64,000 bases of DNA from Bythopirellula sp. (GTDB lineage: Bacteria > Planctomycetota > Planctomycetia > Pirellulales > Lacipirellulaceae), in contig OZ244170.1 in assembly GCA_965216565.1 (NCBI GenBank), forward strand, positions 2,464,001-2,528,000, written 5' to 3'. Each line of letters starts with the position of its first letter. The first letter of the stretch is position 1. Positions 52,959 to 62,340 of this stretch are shown piece by piece. The position numbers and the translations under genes were made by a program. The notes under the pieces are model-generated. The model ran no database searches, was not told the origin of the DNA, and saw nothing but the letters and a program-made list of their open reading frames with translations.

Positions 52959-54080
52959 ATGTTCTCTATGAAGCTCAAGGACCGCGAGTCCTGGCTTGAT
53001 CCGGAGTCTGCCGGAATTTTGGGGTGGAAGTTGGGTAAGCGTCTGTGGGCCCGTTGCAAGGGCCACGAGGGACGTTTCATCACGCTCACGTACGATCGTA
53101 AGAATTACCTAGATGCCCAAGATTGTTTCGACAAGTCCAGGGCACAGAAGCATGTCTCTCGTTTCATGCGGAAGCTAGGAGCAGCTATCAATTGCGATCT
53201 GCGTGGTAAGTGGATTTGCAAGTTGGAGTTCCAAGAGGGCGGGTGGGTCCACTGGCACATTCTGTTGCTGGACGTTGGTTACATTCCACAGAAGATCGTT
53301 CTTGATATCTGGGGTAAGGGCTTCATCCACCTTAAGCAACTCAACGAAGCGAATGCGATGTATCTGACCAAGTACGTTGCGAAGGACGGATCGATTCCAG
53401 GTTTCGTATATGACTATCCGTCACGGAGCATCAAGGTTGTCAGAGCGTCACTTGGTTTTTGGAACGATGAGCAGGCGAAGAGAGCGAGGGAGAAGGCGGC
53501 TAAGAGCCGTCGTTCTACTCGTGCTCAACTTATGAAGGGAGCGAAGCGGGAAGAACAGTTCTATGTTCCGGTTGGTGAGAAGCTGCGACAAGAGGCAGTG
53601 TTGTTCCGAACTGGGAGGCGAACATTCTCACTTAAGTGCTCTCGTCTTAAAGTACTGCAAGCTCTTCGTAAGTACTGCGGACAACCCAAGGTTGAGGGAA
53701 CATGGCGACACTACGCAGATGGTGATCAAGTACTGGATCGAGTGGTAGTGGAGTGTGATCCGGCGAGGACGAGCAGCGTGCGGAAGCAATCGCCCGCAGC
53801 CGGAGCAACAGCTCCGCATGACACCCGACCACTATTCTTGAAAGGAACCGGTAATCGTGTCGGATGGTGGTTGGTCCTGGTAAAGGGCAAGTATCGTACT
53901 GTTAGCCCTGCTGACATTGCTGGCAGATTGTCCAAGTGGTGGGCTAAGAATGCTCCGTGGTGGACGCTGCAGTGGATCGAGCAGGAAGCTAGATATCAGC
54001 TTGGAATGACGATGCACGGACATTGGGGTGAACCCTCGGATGCTCGTCCTAATTTGGAGAAGGCCTCATGCAATTACTAA
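52959..54080 (+). CDS. HUH rolling-circle replication initiator (copy 2)
   Basis: Translation identical to 50086-51207. Confidence 0.88.
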   Translation: MFSMKLKDRESWLDPESAGILGWKLGKRLWARCKGHEGRFITLTYDRKNYLDAQDCFDKSRAQKHVSRFMRKLGAAINCDLRGKWICKLEFQEGGWVHWHILLLDVGYIPQKIVLDIWGKGFIHLKQLNEANAMYLTKYVAKDGSIPGFVYDYPSRSIKVVRASLGFWNDEQAKRAREKAAKSRRSTRAQLMKGAKREEQFYVPVGEKLRQEAVLFRTGRRTFSLKCSRLKVLQALRKYCGQPKVEGTWRHYADGDQVLDRVVVECDPARTSSVRKQSPAAGATAPHDTRPLFLKGTGNRVGWWLVLVKGKYRTVSPADIAGRLSKWWAKNAPWWTLQWIEQEARYQLGMTMHGHWGEPSDARPNLEKASCNY

Positions 54081-54730
54081 CAGACATTCAACGAGATTAC
54101 CTTAGCTGCATTCATTCGCAATGGGAGAGATCAGCTTTGACGTTTTGTCGTAAGAAGCTCAAGGTGTCCTCTGAATTTCTTCGGCGAGATGAGTTCGAGG
54201 AGCATTGGCAAGCTGCGATGGTTGAGATTGCGTATTTAATTCAGCGAGGCGAGTGGGACATCGTGAAGGAAGCTGAACGTGGCAATGGTCGAATTTGCTG
54301 GATAGCTTTGCAGACGTTTTATCGTTCACGGTATGAGCATAGGTATATGGAACGTGTGCTCGCTGATTCTAATGAAGCCCTAATCTCCTTAGTTGAGTCC
54401 GAAGAACCAGTTGTTGGAGGAATTAAAGCGTCGAGAGTTGTAAACGAATTAAAGATGTTAATATCTGGTCTTCCAGAGAAGCGTCGATTGGTGATGGAGA
54501 TGCTGGTTGAAGTGGTAGAAGACGCTAGATTTGATTTGGATGACATGATGCACTGCGTGAAGCTACGCATACGTGAGGGACTGTCTGAACGTGGTTATGA
54601 GTTCACGCCGATTCAAGTACAGAACGCGTTGTTCTCGGGGCGTAAGCAACTATGGGAACAACTTAGAGAACGTGGCTTGGTTTCAGGTGAAAGACCCCGC
54701 CTTGGAAGAGGTGGCGTTGGAAGTAAGTAG
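54068..54730 (+). CDS. Divergent ECF sigma-70-like protein (copy 2)
   Basis: Identical to 51195-51857. Confidence 0.6.
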   Translation: MQLLTDIQRDYLSCIHSQWERSALTFCRKKLKVSSEFLRRDEFEEHWQAAMVEIAYLIQRGEWDIVKEAERGNGRICWIALQTFYRSRYEHRYMERVLADSNEALISLVESEEPVVGGIKASRVVNELKMLISGLPEKRRLVMEMLVEVVEDARFDLDDMMHCVKLRIREGLSERGYEFTPIQVQNALFSGRKQLWEQLRERGLVSGERPRLGRGGVGSK

Positions 54731-54933
54731 TTTGGTTGTTTTCGTGTAGTTGTTGCACACTATGGGGTTGCCGCGTGAGATCGCGAAGGCGAGGCGGCGG
54801 AAGAGTTCGGTCCGTGTACAAGGGGCATGGAGAAGCTGAGCACGCCGCCTCGCCGTTAGCGACTCGGGGCAGTCGAACGCGGCAACAGGGTCCCATAGTG
54901 TTGCAACAACGGTTCATTTGAAAGGAGTTTGTA

Positions 54934-55221
54934 GTGTCTAATTTGTTTGGAGTTGCTAAAGCAGGTTTTGATATTGTTGGGGAGGTCACTGAGGAGCGTA
55001 TTCTTCGAAGTACCAAGGAGTCGGCCAAGGATTGGAAACAACCTGTGTGTAAGGTAGTTACAGCCGGCTCAACTTTAGAGGTCCAACTAACTGAAGAACA
55101 GCATTCGCAGGTGTTGGTCGGGAATGCTTACCAGTTCGTTGGCAGAATTGCTAAGGAAGGAGGGAGAATCAACCTAGTTGTTGAAGAATTAAGGAAGCTG
55201 GCGACGCCGAAGGCGTCTTGA
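54934..55221 (+). CDS. Probable ssDNA-binding protein (copy 2)
   Basis: Identical to 52061-52348. Confidence 0.55.
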   Translation: MSNLFGVAKAGFDIVGEVTEERILRSTKESAKDWKQPVCKVVTAGSTLEVQLTEEQHSQVLVGNAYQFVGRIAKEGGRINLVVEELRKLATPKAS

Positions 55222-55222
55222 G

Positions 55223-55468
55223 ATGAAGATTCGACCGTACCGAAAGGATGGATATCGCCGACGTCGGCGAGTTCATGTGAGGATGGACGAATCGTTAGTA
55301 GATGCAATGGATGAGTTGGCTAGAGCACTCTCGCTGAGTCGTTCGCATCTCTGTGATCTGATTCTCGGCATAGCTGTCGAGGAGGGTGGTGAATGGTTAC
55401 GGTCCGCAATCAACAAGCGTGTAAAACAGGCTCTTAATCGAAAACGTGACAGCACTTTTCAAGAATGA
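55223..55468 (+). CDS. Ribbon-helix-helix regulator (copy 2)
   Basis: Identical to 52350-52595. Confidence 0.75.
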   Translation: MKIRPYRKDGYRRRRRVHVRMDESLVDAMDELARALSLSRSHLCDLILGIAVEEGGEWLRSAINKRVKQALNRKRDSTFQE

Positions 55469-55693
55469 GCTTGATCTTTGATGATTGCTATCCGTATGAT
55501 TTTGGAAGGTCGTTCGGGGTGTTCCTGAGCGCGAGAGTGTCTGAGAAATCGACGCGCATAAAATGGGCCCACATACTCTCTGACGGGGGAACATGTGAGC
55601 CCAATGATTAAGCACGTCACTGAAAGAAATTTCACATCCAGATGACGCATCTACATGATACGAAATCGTCGCTGCAGGGCAAAGCCTATTCGG

Positions 55694-55729
55694 TAGCCCC
55701 AACGTCCGATAATCATAGTTATGTTCGTT
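55694..55729 (+). other. att core copy 3 (attR), containing a candidate chromosomal dif site at 55702-55729
   Basis: ACGTCCGATAA-TCATAG-TTATGTTCGTT has the 11-6-11 layout and ATAA-N6-TTATGTT of E. coli dif (GGTGCGCATAA-TGTATA-TTATGTTAAAT). Confidence 0.75.
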
Positions 55730-55916
55730 TCCGGGGCGTTTTTCCCCGGGATTTAAGCCATTGGCTCTCTCCTGCTCTGCGAAGTGTGTTCTGTGGCGGA
55801 TAGCTTGATTGGTGGAAGAAGTCGAGCTAGTCTGTCGTCTCACGGCGGCTACCAATCCCCCACAATGAATCCTCAGTTTGCCCCCCCTCTCGCCACTTCA
55901 AAAGGATGTGAATTGC

Positions 55917-57977
55917 ATGCTCTCTGCGACACGATTTCTGTTATCGATTGCCGTCATTTTGGTTGGGATTTTATTCCCAAATCGGGCCTATTCCGACGAA
56001 GGAATGTGGCTGTTCGAGGACCTGCCCAAAGACGCTCTGAAGCGGCAATATGACTTCGAGCCCACAGAGGAGTGGGCCCGGCACGTCATGCTCTCCAGCG
56101 TCCGATTTAGCTCCGGGGGATCGGCCTCTTTTGTCTCCAGTAACGGCCTGGTTTTGACCAATCACCACGTGGCCGAGGACACGCTGCATAAGCTCTCCAC
56201 GCCCGAGCAAAACTACATGAAAAACGGCTTCCTGGCCCAATCGCAGGACGATGAGATTCCAGCCCCCGATTTGGAGCTGAATCAGCTTGTTTCGGTCGAA
56301 GATGTGACCGACCGCGTCGAGGCGGCAGTGTCTGACGAGATGGATACTTCGGCCGCAAAGCAGGCCCGCAGGGCCGTGATGGCGCAAATCGAACAGGAAT
56401 CGCTCGACGCCACGGGTCTGCGAAGCGATGTGATCACGCTCTATGGCGGCGCAAAGTACCATCTATATCGCTACAAGAAGTACACCGATGTACGCTTAGT
56501 CTGGGCTCCGGAATACAAAGCGGCATTCTTCGGAGGCGACAACGACAATTTCGAGTATCCCCGGTACTGCATGGACGTGACGTTGTTCCGTGTTTACGAA
56601 GACGGCAAGCCAGTGGAAGTCGAGCATTTCCTCCGTTGGTCAGAAAACGGAGCGGCCGAAGGCGAACTCGTCTTCGTTTCTGGCAACCCCGGCTATACCG
56701 AACGAGACAAGACGGCCGACGCCTTGCGATTTGCTCGTGACTTTTCTTTGCCAAGCTATCTACAGTACATCACGCGGATGGAAATTGAGCTGCAGCAGTA
56801 TAGCAACGAAAGCCCGGAACATCGCCGACGCGCCCACGATGATCTGTTTGGAATTCAAAACAATCGCAAACGTTCGCTCGGCATGAGTGAAGGTTTGCAG
56901 AATCCAGCGCTGATCGCCACAAAGGAAGCTGCGGAGAAACAATTGCGTGCTCGGCTAGCAGAACGTGACGATCTGGAAGAGTTCGCCACAGCGTGGGATG
57001 AGATTGCCACCGCCCAACAGGAACGAGAAAAGCTCGTCAACGATTCTTTCTATATTTCATCGCGGCTGTACGAGATTGCTTTAGAACTGGTTCTCATGGC
57101 CACCGAAGATGCGAAACCGAATGAAGATCGTTACGAAGAGTTCCGCAATTCGGGTCGCGAATCGCTCGAACACGAATTGTTCTCCCCTGCGCCTATTTAC
57201 AACGATTTGGAGATTGCAAAGCTTGGAGCGAGTCTCTCGCTAGTGGCGGGCAAGTTGGGTGGCGATCATCCACTGGTCGTCACGATGCTTGCCGGGAAAA
57301 GCCCTCGCCAGCGGGCTGCTGAGCTAGTTGCTGGCACCAAGCTCAACGATGTTGAGTTGCGAAAGACACTCGCTAAGGAGGGCGCAGCTGCCATCGAAGC
57401 TTCAGACGATCCCATGATCGAGTTCGTACGAGCGATTGAGCCCTACTACCGCAAAGTTCGCGATCGCCAGGAAGAGCTTGAGGAAATCGAAAAACAGGCT
57501 TACGGCTCAATCCGCGAGGCCAAGACGGCGCTCGACGGTGCGAGCGGTTATCCCGATGCCACCTTTACCCTGCGGCTGGCTCTTGGTGTGGTGAAGGGCT
57601 ACGAAGAAGACGGCGTGTGGGTACCTCCATTTACGACCATCGCCGGTGCCTTTGAACACGAAGAGAAGCACGAAGCTAAGGAACCATGGCAACTGCCGGA
57701 GTCGTATCACGAGCATCGCGACCAGGTGGATGGTTCGGCACGGCTAAACTTTGTTTGTACGGCGGACATCATCGGCGGCAACTCCGGGAGTCCCGTCGTG
57801 AATCGCGATGGCGAGTTTGTCGGCATCATCTTTGACGGCAACATTCAAAGTCTCACTGCTTCGTACTACTACGACGACGTGATCTCGCGAGCCGTCTCGG
57901 TCCACAGCAGCGGCATCCGTGAAGTGATCCGCAATATCTACGGTGCGGACGATTTGGCTGACGAGTTGGGGGAATGA
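55917..57977 (+). CDS. S46 family peptidase (dipeptidyl-peptidase)
   Basis: Signal peptide followed by DEGMW; LTNHH, FGGDNDNFEYPR, PDATFTLR and DIIGGNSGSP motifs. Confidence 0.93.
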   Translation: MLSATRFLLSIAVILVGILFPNRAYSDEGMWLFEDLPKDALKRQYDFEPTEEWARHVMLSSVRFSSGGSASFVSSNGLVLTNHHVAEDTLHKLSTPEQNYMKNGFLAQSQDDEIPAPDLELNQLVSVEDVTDRVEAAVSDEMDTSAAKQARRAVMAQIEQESLDATGLRSDVITLYGGAKYHLYRYKKYTDVRLVWAPEYKAAFFGGDNDNFEYPRYCMDVTLFRVYEDGKPVEVEHFLRWSENGAAEGELVFVSGNPGYTERDKTADALRFARDFSLPSYLQYITRMEIELQQYSNESPEHRRRAHDDLFGIQNNRKRSLGMSEGLQNPALIATKEAAEKQLRARLAERDDLEEFATAWDEIATAQQEREKLVNDSFYISSRLYEIALELVLMATEDAKPNEDRYEEFRNSGRESLEHELFSPAPIYNDLEIAKLGASLSLVAGKLGGDHPLVVTMLAGKSPRQRAAELVAGTKLNDVELRKTLAKEGAAAIEASDDPMIEFVRAIEPYYRKVRDRQEELEEIEKQAYGSIREAKTALDGASGYPDATFTLRLALGVVKGYEEDGVWVPPFTTIAGAFEHEEKHEAKEPWQLPESYHEHRDQVDGSARLNFVCTADIIGGNSGSPVVNRDGEFVGIIFDGNIQSLTASYYYDDVISRAVSVHSSGIREVIRNIYGADDLADELGE

Positions 57978-58083
57978 AGCTCTCGCAAAGGCGCAAAGAA
58001 GTTGAGGAAAGCACACCTCGAGTCACACGGATTTTAGTGGTGGCGTGCTAACGCTGAGAACGGCCGAGAACTTTCACAATCCA

Positions 58084-58163
58084 TGAGCCGAACGCGCTAG
58101 CGTCGGGTAGCACCAGAACAACACTTAGACTTACGCTACCCGCGGCTAGCGCCGTCGGCTCAC
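58084..58163. repeat. About 80-bp palindromic REP-like element
   Basis: TGAGCCGA..GCTAGC..GGGTAG / CTACCC..GCTAGC..TCGGCTCA; near reverse complement of 62241-62321. Confidence 0.85.
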
Positions 58164-58275
58164 TTAGAATTGTTCTCAATTCTTGAAACTGAGTCTGATG
58201 TCTTCGTGTTCTTTGTGTCTTTGTGGTTCACTTCTCTTGTTCTCCGTGCCACTGCGAGTAGTTGAAGAACACCAC

Positions 58276-59016
58276 TCAATAAGCATTGCCGAGGTTGCGG
58301 TCGGCGGTTTGGGGTTGGGTGTCGACGGGGGATGCTGCCGGTTGATTCCAGTTGGAGTTGTCCACGTTTCTTGGCGCGGGTTGCTCTGCGTTGTCGGCAG
58401 ACTGGCTTGGCCATAAGGAACTGGCGTCTGGCAATTGGGGGAAACCTTGCTCGTTTCTCGGCCATTGCACCTGGAAGCCATTTCCCTGGTTCGATTGTCC
58501 ATTGGGGTTGAGTCGCTGTTCGATGCGTTCGACATAGGGATGAATCACTTCGTGGATTTCGGGGGGAACGAATGTTTCGCTGTGGTCGAGCGCGCGGACA
58601 ATGTATTCCCCAGTGCGCGAAGCAATGATCATATCTTTCTGCGCCTGCGGGAGTATCGTTACTGCAAAAAAGGTGATCGCAATGCACAGCAGTGCCCCTT
58701 TGGCCAAGCCAAAGAGTCCGCCCAGTTGCCGATCAAAACTTTCAAGTCGCACTTTGTCGATCACGCCCGAGACCATGCGAAAGATGGTCCAAATGACGAA
58801 GGATGTGCCGATATAGATGGCCAACATCGCTACGAATTTGTTCCAAGGTGCATGGTTGGAAATCATGGGAGCGAGCTGGTCGGCAAATTTTAGCGCGGCG
58901 AAGTAGCTCACGATAAGTGACGCCAGCGAAGCAATCTGCCAGGCCATGCCTTTCCAAAAACCAAACAAGCCGGCGGCCACGAGGACCCCAATCATCAGTA
59001 AGTCGTATGTTTGCAT
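58276..59016 (-). CDS. CvpA (colicin V production) family membrane protein
   Basis: YDLLMIGVL..GFWKG and DRQLGGLFGLAKG motifs. Confidence 0.85.
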   Translation of the reverse strand: MQTYDLLMIGVLVAAGLFGFWKGMAWQIASLASLIVSYFAALKFADQLAPMISNHAPWNKFVAMLAIYIGTSFVIWTIFRMVSGVIDKVRLESFDRQLGGLFGLAKGALLCIAITFFAVTILPQAQKDMIIASRTGEYIVRALDHSETFVPPEIHEVIHPYVERIEQRLNPNGQSNQGNGFQVQWPRNEQGFPQLPDASSLWPSQSADNAEQPAPRNVDNSNWNQPAASPVDTQPQTADRNLGNAY

Positions 59017-59212
59017 CTATCTAGGAGGGGCTAGGAGCTAGGGACTAGGGATTAGGGTCAGAAATGTAGGCTAAACGAGCGCTCCAATCCAGAGAAGACC
59101 TCAATGCTAGCACTGATAGCAGGCTGTTCGACTTCGAACTTTCAGCGATTCCAATCGCCTCCTATACTCCGCCCGCTCTCCCCTAGTCCCTAGCTCCAAG
59201 CCCCAATCCGCA

Positions 59213-60130
59213 ATGGCCGGTTTCAAAACTCATATCACAACCAGTAGTGTACTTGGCGTAGGCTATGCCGGGTTGGGTTTTCATTTGGGAATCCCCTGGG
59301 AGTCTTCACTGCTTGCCGGCGGACTGTGCGGTATTGGTGGGATGCTGCCCGACATCGATAGCGACTCGGGAATTCCCTTTCGCGAATCGATGGGTTTTGC
59401 CGCGGCCATTATCCCTGTGATGATGCTCGATCGGTTACGCGAGTTGGGGCTCAACTACGAACAATTTATTCTCGCCACGGCGAGTATCTATTTATTTGTG
59501 CGATTCGGCCTGGCAAAAATGCTGGCCAAGTATACCGTCCATCGAGGAATGTTCCACAGTTTGCCTGCTGCGCTGATTTTCGCCGGCGTGGCATTCCTAG
59601 TCAGTGGTTCCAACGATCTACAGCTACGCTATTTCAAAGCTTGTGGGGTATTTGCTGGTGTGATGTCGCATCTGATACTCGACGAAATCTATGCCGTCGA
59701 ATGGAAAGGTGGCCGATGGCGATTCAAGAAATCGTTTGGGACTGCCATCAAGCTGTGGGGAAAAAATGGCTGGGCGAACATCTCCACCTACAGCAAACTC
59801 GTTTTGGTGATGTTGATGATTCTTGGCGAGCCGATGGTGATGGAGCGTTATGGCGAAGTCACGCCGCTGGCGATTAAACGCAATAAGCTCAATTCACAGT
59901 TCGCCCAAAACAACCCATTCGCGCCCGCCATGGAAGGCAACGCGCAGTTGCCGCCAACTTCAACCAACATCCTGCCGCCCGGCACACCGATTACTCCGCA
60001 GGCCAGTACGTTGGATCCGAGTCGAATCCCTCCGATCGAAACAGTCCCGATCGACGGCGGCCCTCCCCCGCAAACAGATCGCAACATCTACGACACCGCC
60101 CGGCGATTGTGGAACGAACTCCGCGAATAA
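59213..60130 (+). CDS. Membrane metal-dependent hydrolase (YdjM-like)
   Basis: FKTH, LPDID, HRGMFHS and SHLILD motifs. Confidence 0.85.
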   Translation: MAGFKTHITTSSVLGVGYAGLGFHLGIPWESSLLAGGLCGIGGMLPDIDSDSGIPFRESMGFAAAIIPVMMLDRLRELGLNYEQFILATASIYLFVRFGLAKMLAKYTVHRGMFHSLPAALIFAGVAFLVSGSNDLQLRYFKACGVFAGVMSHLILDEIYAVEWKGGRWRFKKSFGTAIKLWGKNGWANISTYSKLVLVMLMILGEPMVMERYGEVTPLAIKRNKLNSQFAQNNPFAPAMEGNAQLPPTSTNILPPGTPITPQASTLDPSRIPPIETVPIDGGPPPQTDRNIYDTARRLWNELRE

Positions 60131-60319
60131 GTTGCTGCTCTGCTGAGCAATTTCTCTGACAGGATTACAAGATGAGCAGGATCAACAGGATGTAGTTTTA
60201 CTTTCTGTATCCTGTTGATCCTGCAAATCCAGTCATCCGGTCCTTCTCATAAATCTCCGTTCCCTCTGTTCCCTCCTGTTCAAAAATTTCCGTGCCTCTT
60301 CGCGTTTACGTGGCGGACT

Positions 60320-60763
60320 TCAATCCTCCGAGTCAATCCAGATCGTCACCGGCCCGTCGTTGGTAAGTTCGACTTCCATGTGCGTTCGGAATCGGCCCGT
60401 GCCGACGGAGATGCCTTGGCTGCGGACATATTCGACAAAGTCGTTGTACATCATCTCGGCCTTCTCCGGCGGCGCGGCGTCGATAAAGCTGGGCCGCCGT
60501 CCCTTGCGGCAATCGCCGAATAGGGTGAATTGGCTCACCACCAGCATCTCACCGCCGACGTCGGCTAGCGAGAGATTCATCTTGCCGGCTTCATCTTCGA
60601 AGATCCGCAGGCCCACAATCTTGTCGGCCAGCCACTTCAATTGCTTCTGCTCATCCGCACCGGCAACGCCCAGCAACACCAGCAGCCCGCGCTTGATTTC
60701 GCCCGTGATTTCGCCATCGACGACCACGCGCGACTGGCTAACTCGTTGGATCAAGGCACGCAT
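60320..60763 (-). CDS. dtd: D-aminoacyl-tRNA deacylase
   Basis: [14 protein letters not shown] and NDGPVT motifs. Confidence 0.96.
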   Translation of the reverse strand: MRALIQRVSQSRVVVDGEITGEIKRGLLVLLGVAGADEQKQLKWLADKIVGLRIFEDEAGKMNLSLADVGGEMLVVSQFTLFGDCRKGRRPSFIDAAPPEKAEMMYNDFVEYVRSQGISVGTGRFRTHMEVELTNDGPVTIWIDSED

Positions 60764-60924
60764 AGGGAAAGATTCGAGGTGAGGGGCAGAAGCAGGGGCA
60801 CGGGACGAACCACAACTTAGGCGAAACGAATCCAACTGACAACTGACCACTGACAACGGACAAGGAACCTGCGATACTAGTAGATTCCCCTCCCCTGCCC
60901 TGCCCTATCCTGCTTAAAAAACCT

Positions 60925-61788
60925 ATGAGCCCCGTCGTCCTGATCACCTACTACTGCCTGCTGATTCTCGGGGCGTCGATTGCCGGGGGGATGATTCCGG
61001 TGTGGTTTCATCTGACGCATCGGCGGATGGAGGTGGCCGTGAGCTTCGTCGCTGGGGTGATGTTGGGGGTGGGACTGTTGCACATGCTACCGCACGCGGT
61101 GAGCCAGGTGCTGGCCGAGTCGGACGATGCCGAAGCGAGCCTGATCAACGTGATGCTCTGCGTGCTACTGGGTCTCTTGGCCATGTTCTTGATCGAACGA
61201 TTCTTCTGCTTTCACCATCACGAGGTGGAAGATGGCGAAGTGACTTGCCACCACGATCATGCCCACGATGACCAACACTCCCACGGTCACGATCTTACCT
61301 GGAGCGGAGCCGCACTGGGACTCACTCTGCATAGCGTGATTGCAGGCATCGCACTCGCGGCAAGTGTGGCCCACGGCCATGCCGAGCTGCGACTACCAGG
61401 CCTCGGCACATTCTTGGTGATCCTGCTGCATAAGCCGTTCGATTCGATGACCATCGGCACCCTGATGGCCCGCGGCGGTTGGTCGTTGGCATCGCGGCAT
61501 TTGGTGAACGGACTGTTTTCACTGGCAATCCCGGTTGGCGTCGCAATTTTTTATGTGGGCCTCATGGGCGAAACCGACGGTGGCTCGTTGCTCGGCTACG
61601 TTCTGGCGTTCGCGGCGGGTACATTCCTGTGCGTTTCGCTTAGCGACTTGCTGCCCGAACTGCAGTTCCACGATCACGATCGCTTGCTGCTCACTTCAGC
61701 GCTGGTCGTGGGATTGGCACTGGCGTATGGCGTATGCCAGTTGGAGTCGCTGTTGCACTCGCACCCCCCTACCCCGCCAGTTGGGTGA
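60925..61788 (+). CDS. ZIP family metal transporter
   Basis: TM helices, His-rich loop, LHS..G, LHKP, AAGTFL and DLLPE motifs. Confidence 0.9.
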   Translation: MSPVVLITYYCLLILGASIAGGMIPVWFHLTHRRMEVAVSFVAGVMLGVGLLHMLPHAVSQVLAESDDAEASLINVMLCVLLGLLAMFLIERFFCFHHHEVEDGEVTCHHDHAHDDQHSHGHDLTWSGAALGLTLHSVIAGIALAASVAHGHAELRLPGLGTFLVILLHKPFDSMTIGTLMARGGWSLASRHLVNGLFSLAIPVGVAIFYVGLMGETDGGSLLGYVLAFAAGTFLCVSLSDLLPELQFHDHDRLLLTSALVVGLALAYGVCQLESLLHSHPPTPPVG

Positions 61789-61862
61789 GGGGGTTTGAGC
61801 GGAAGCGGTATTGAGAGCTACGCTGTGAGTCAATTTGCCTAGTAGTTTCACGCTTGTTCATT

Positions 61863-62198
61863 CCCCGAAGGGGATACATTCGTAAGCCCAGGGTTGCGGC
61901 GTAGCCGCTACCCTGGGTATCAGAGGATACTTTTCCTACCCTGAAAGGGTTGTTCGCGATGTTCAACCCATTCAGGGTAGGTAACTCTCTATCCCAAAAC
62001 CCAGGGTAGATCGTTTCACGATCAACCCTGGGCTGAGGAGTTCAACGCCTTCGGCGTAACATAGGATTGGACATTTTAATAGCAGCCCCATCTTCATCGA
62101 CCTGACGCATTTCTGTATTCGAGCGTGTGCGATCAACCCTCCCCTAGCCCCTCCTGTCCACGGGCGAGTCGCTAAGGCGACCTTTCAAGGGAGGGGGA
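61863..62198. repeat. Nested intergenic palindromes (REP-like)
   Basis: CCCAGGGT..ACCCTGGG twice, CCTACCCTGAA..TTCAGGGTAGG and CCCTCCCC..GGGGAGGG. Confidence 0.6.
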
Positions 62199-62240
62199 CG
62201 AATTGCCTAGAAGCAGTTTCAAGACCGAAAACAATCCCAT

Positions 62241-62321
62241 GTGAGCCGACGGCGTTAGCCGCGGGTAGCGCACGTCCAAGTGTTGTTCTGGTGCTACCCG
62301 ACGCTAGCGCGTTCGGCTCAC
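62241..62321. repeat. About 80-bp palindromic REP-like element (second copy)
   Basis: Near reverse complement of 58084-58163; flanked by TAGAAGCAGTTTCAA / TTGAAACTGCTTCTA. Confidence 0.85.
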
Positions 62322-62340
62322 TGATTTTTTGAAACTGCTT

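Larger units (their letters stand above)
49948..55719 (+). mobile_element. Tandem dimer of a 2,873-bp rolling-circle element integrated at a dif-like site
   Basis: Two apparently identical units (all ORFs offset by 2873) delimited by three 26-bp cores; HUH Rep present; no integrase. Confidence 0.9.

Noticed and set aside
49948..55719. Interpretation as a complete inovirus prophage, an IS91/ISCR transposon or a CRISPR array
   Set aside because: There are no Zot/pI or hydrophobic coat genes. The ends are direct repeats at a dif-like site rather than ori/ter ends. The 2.87-kb repeat spacing is not CRISPR-like.
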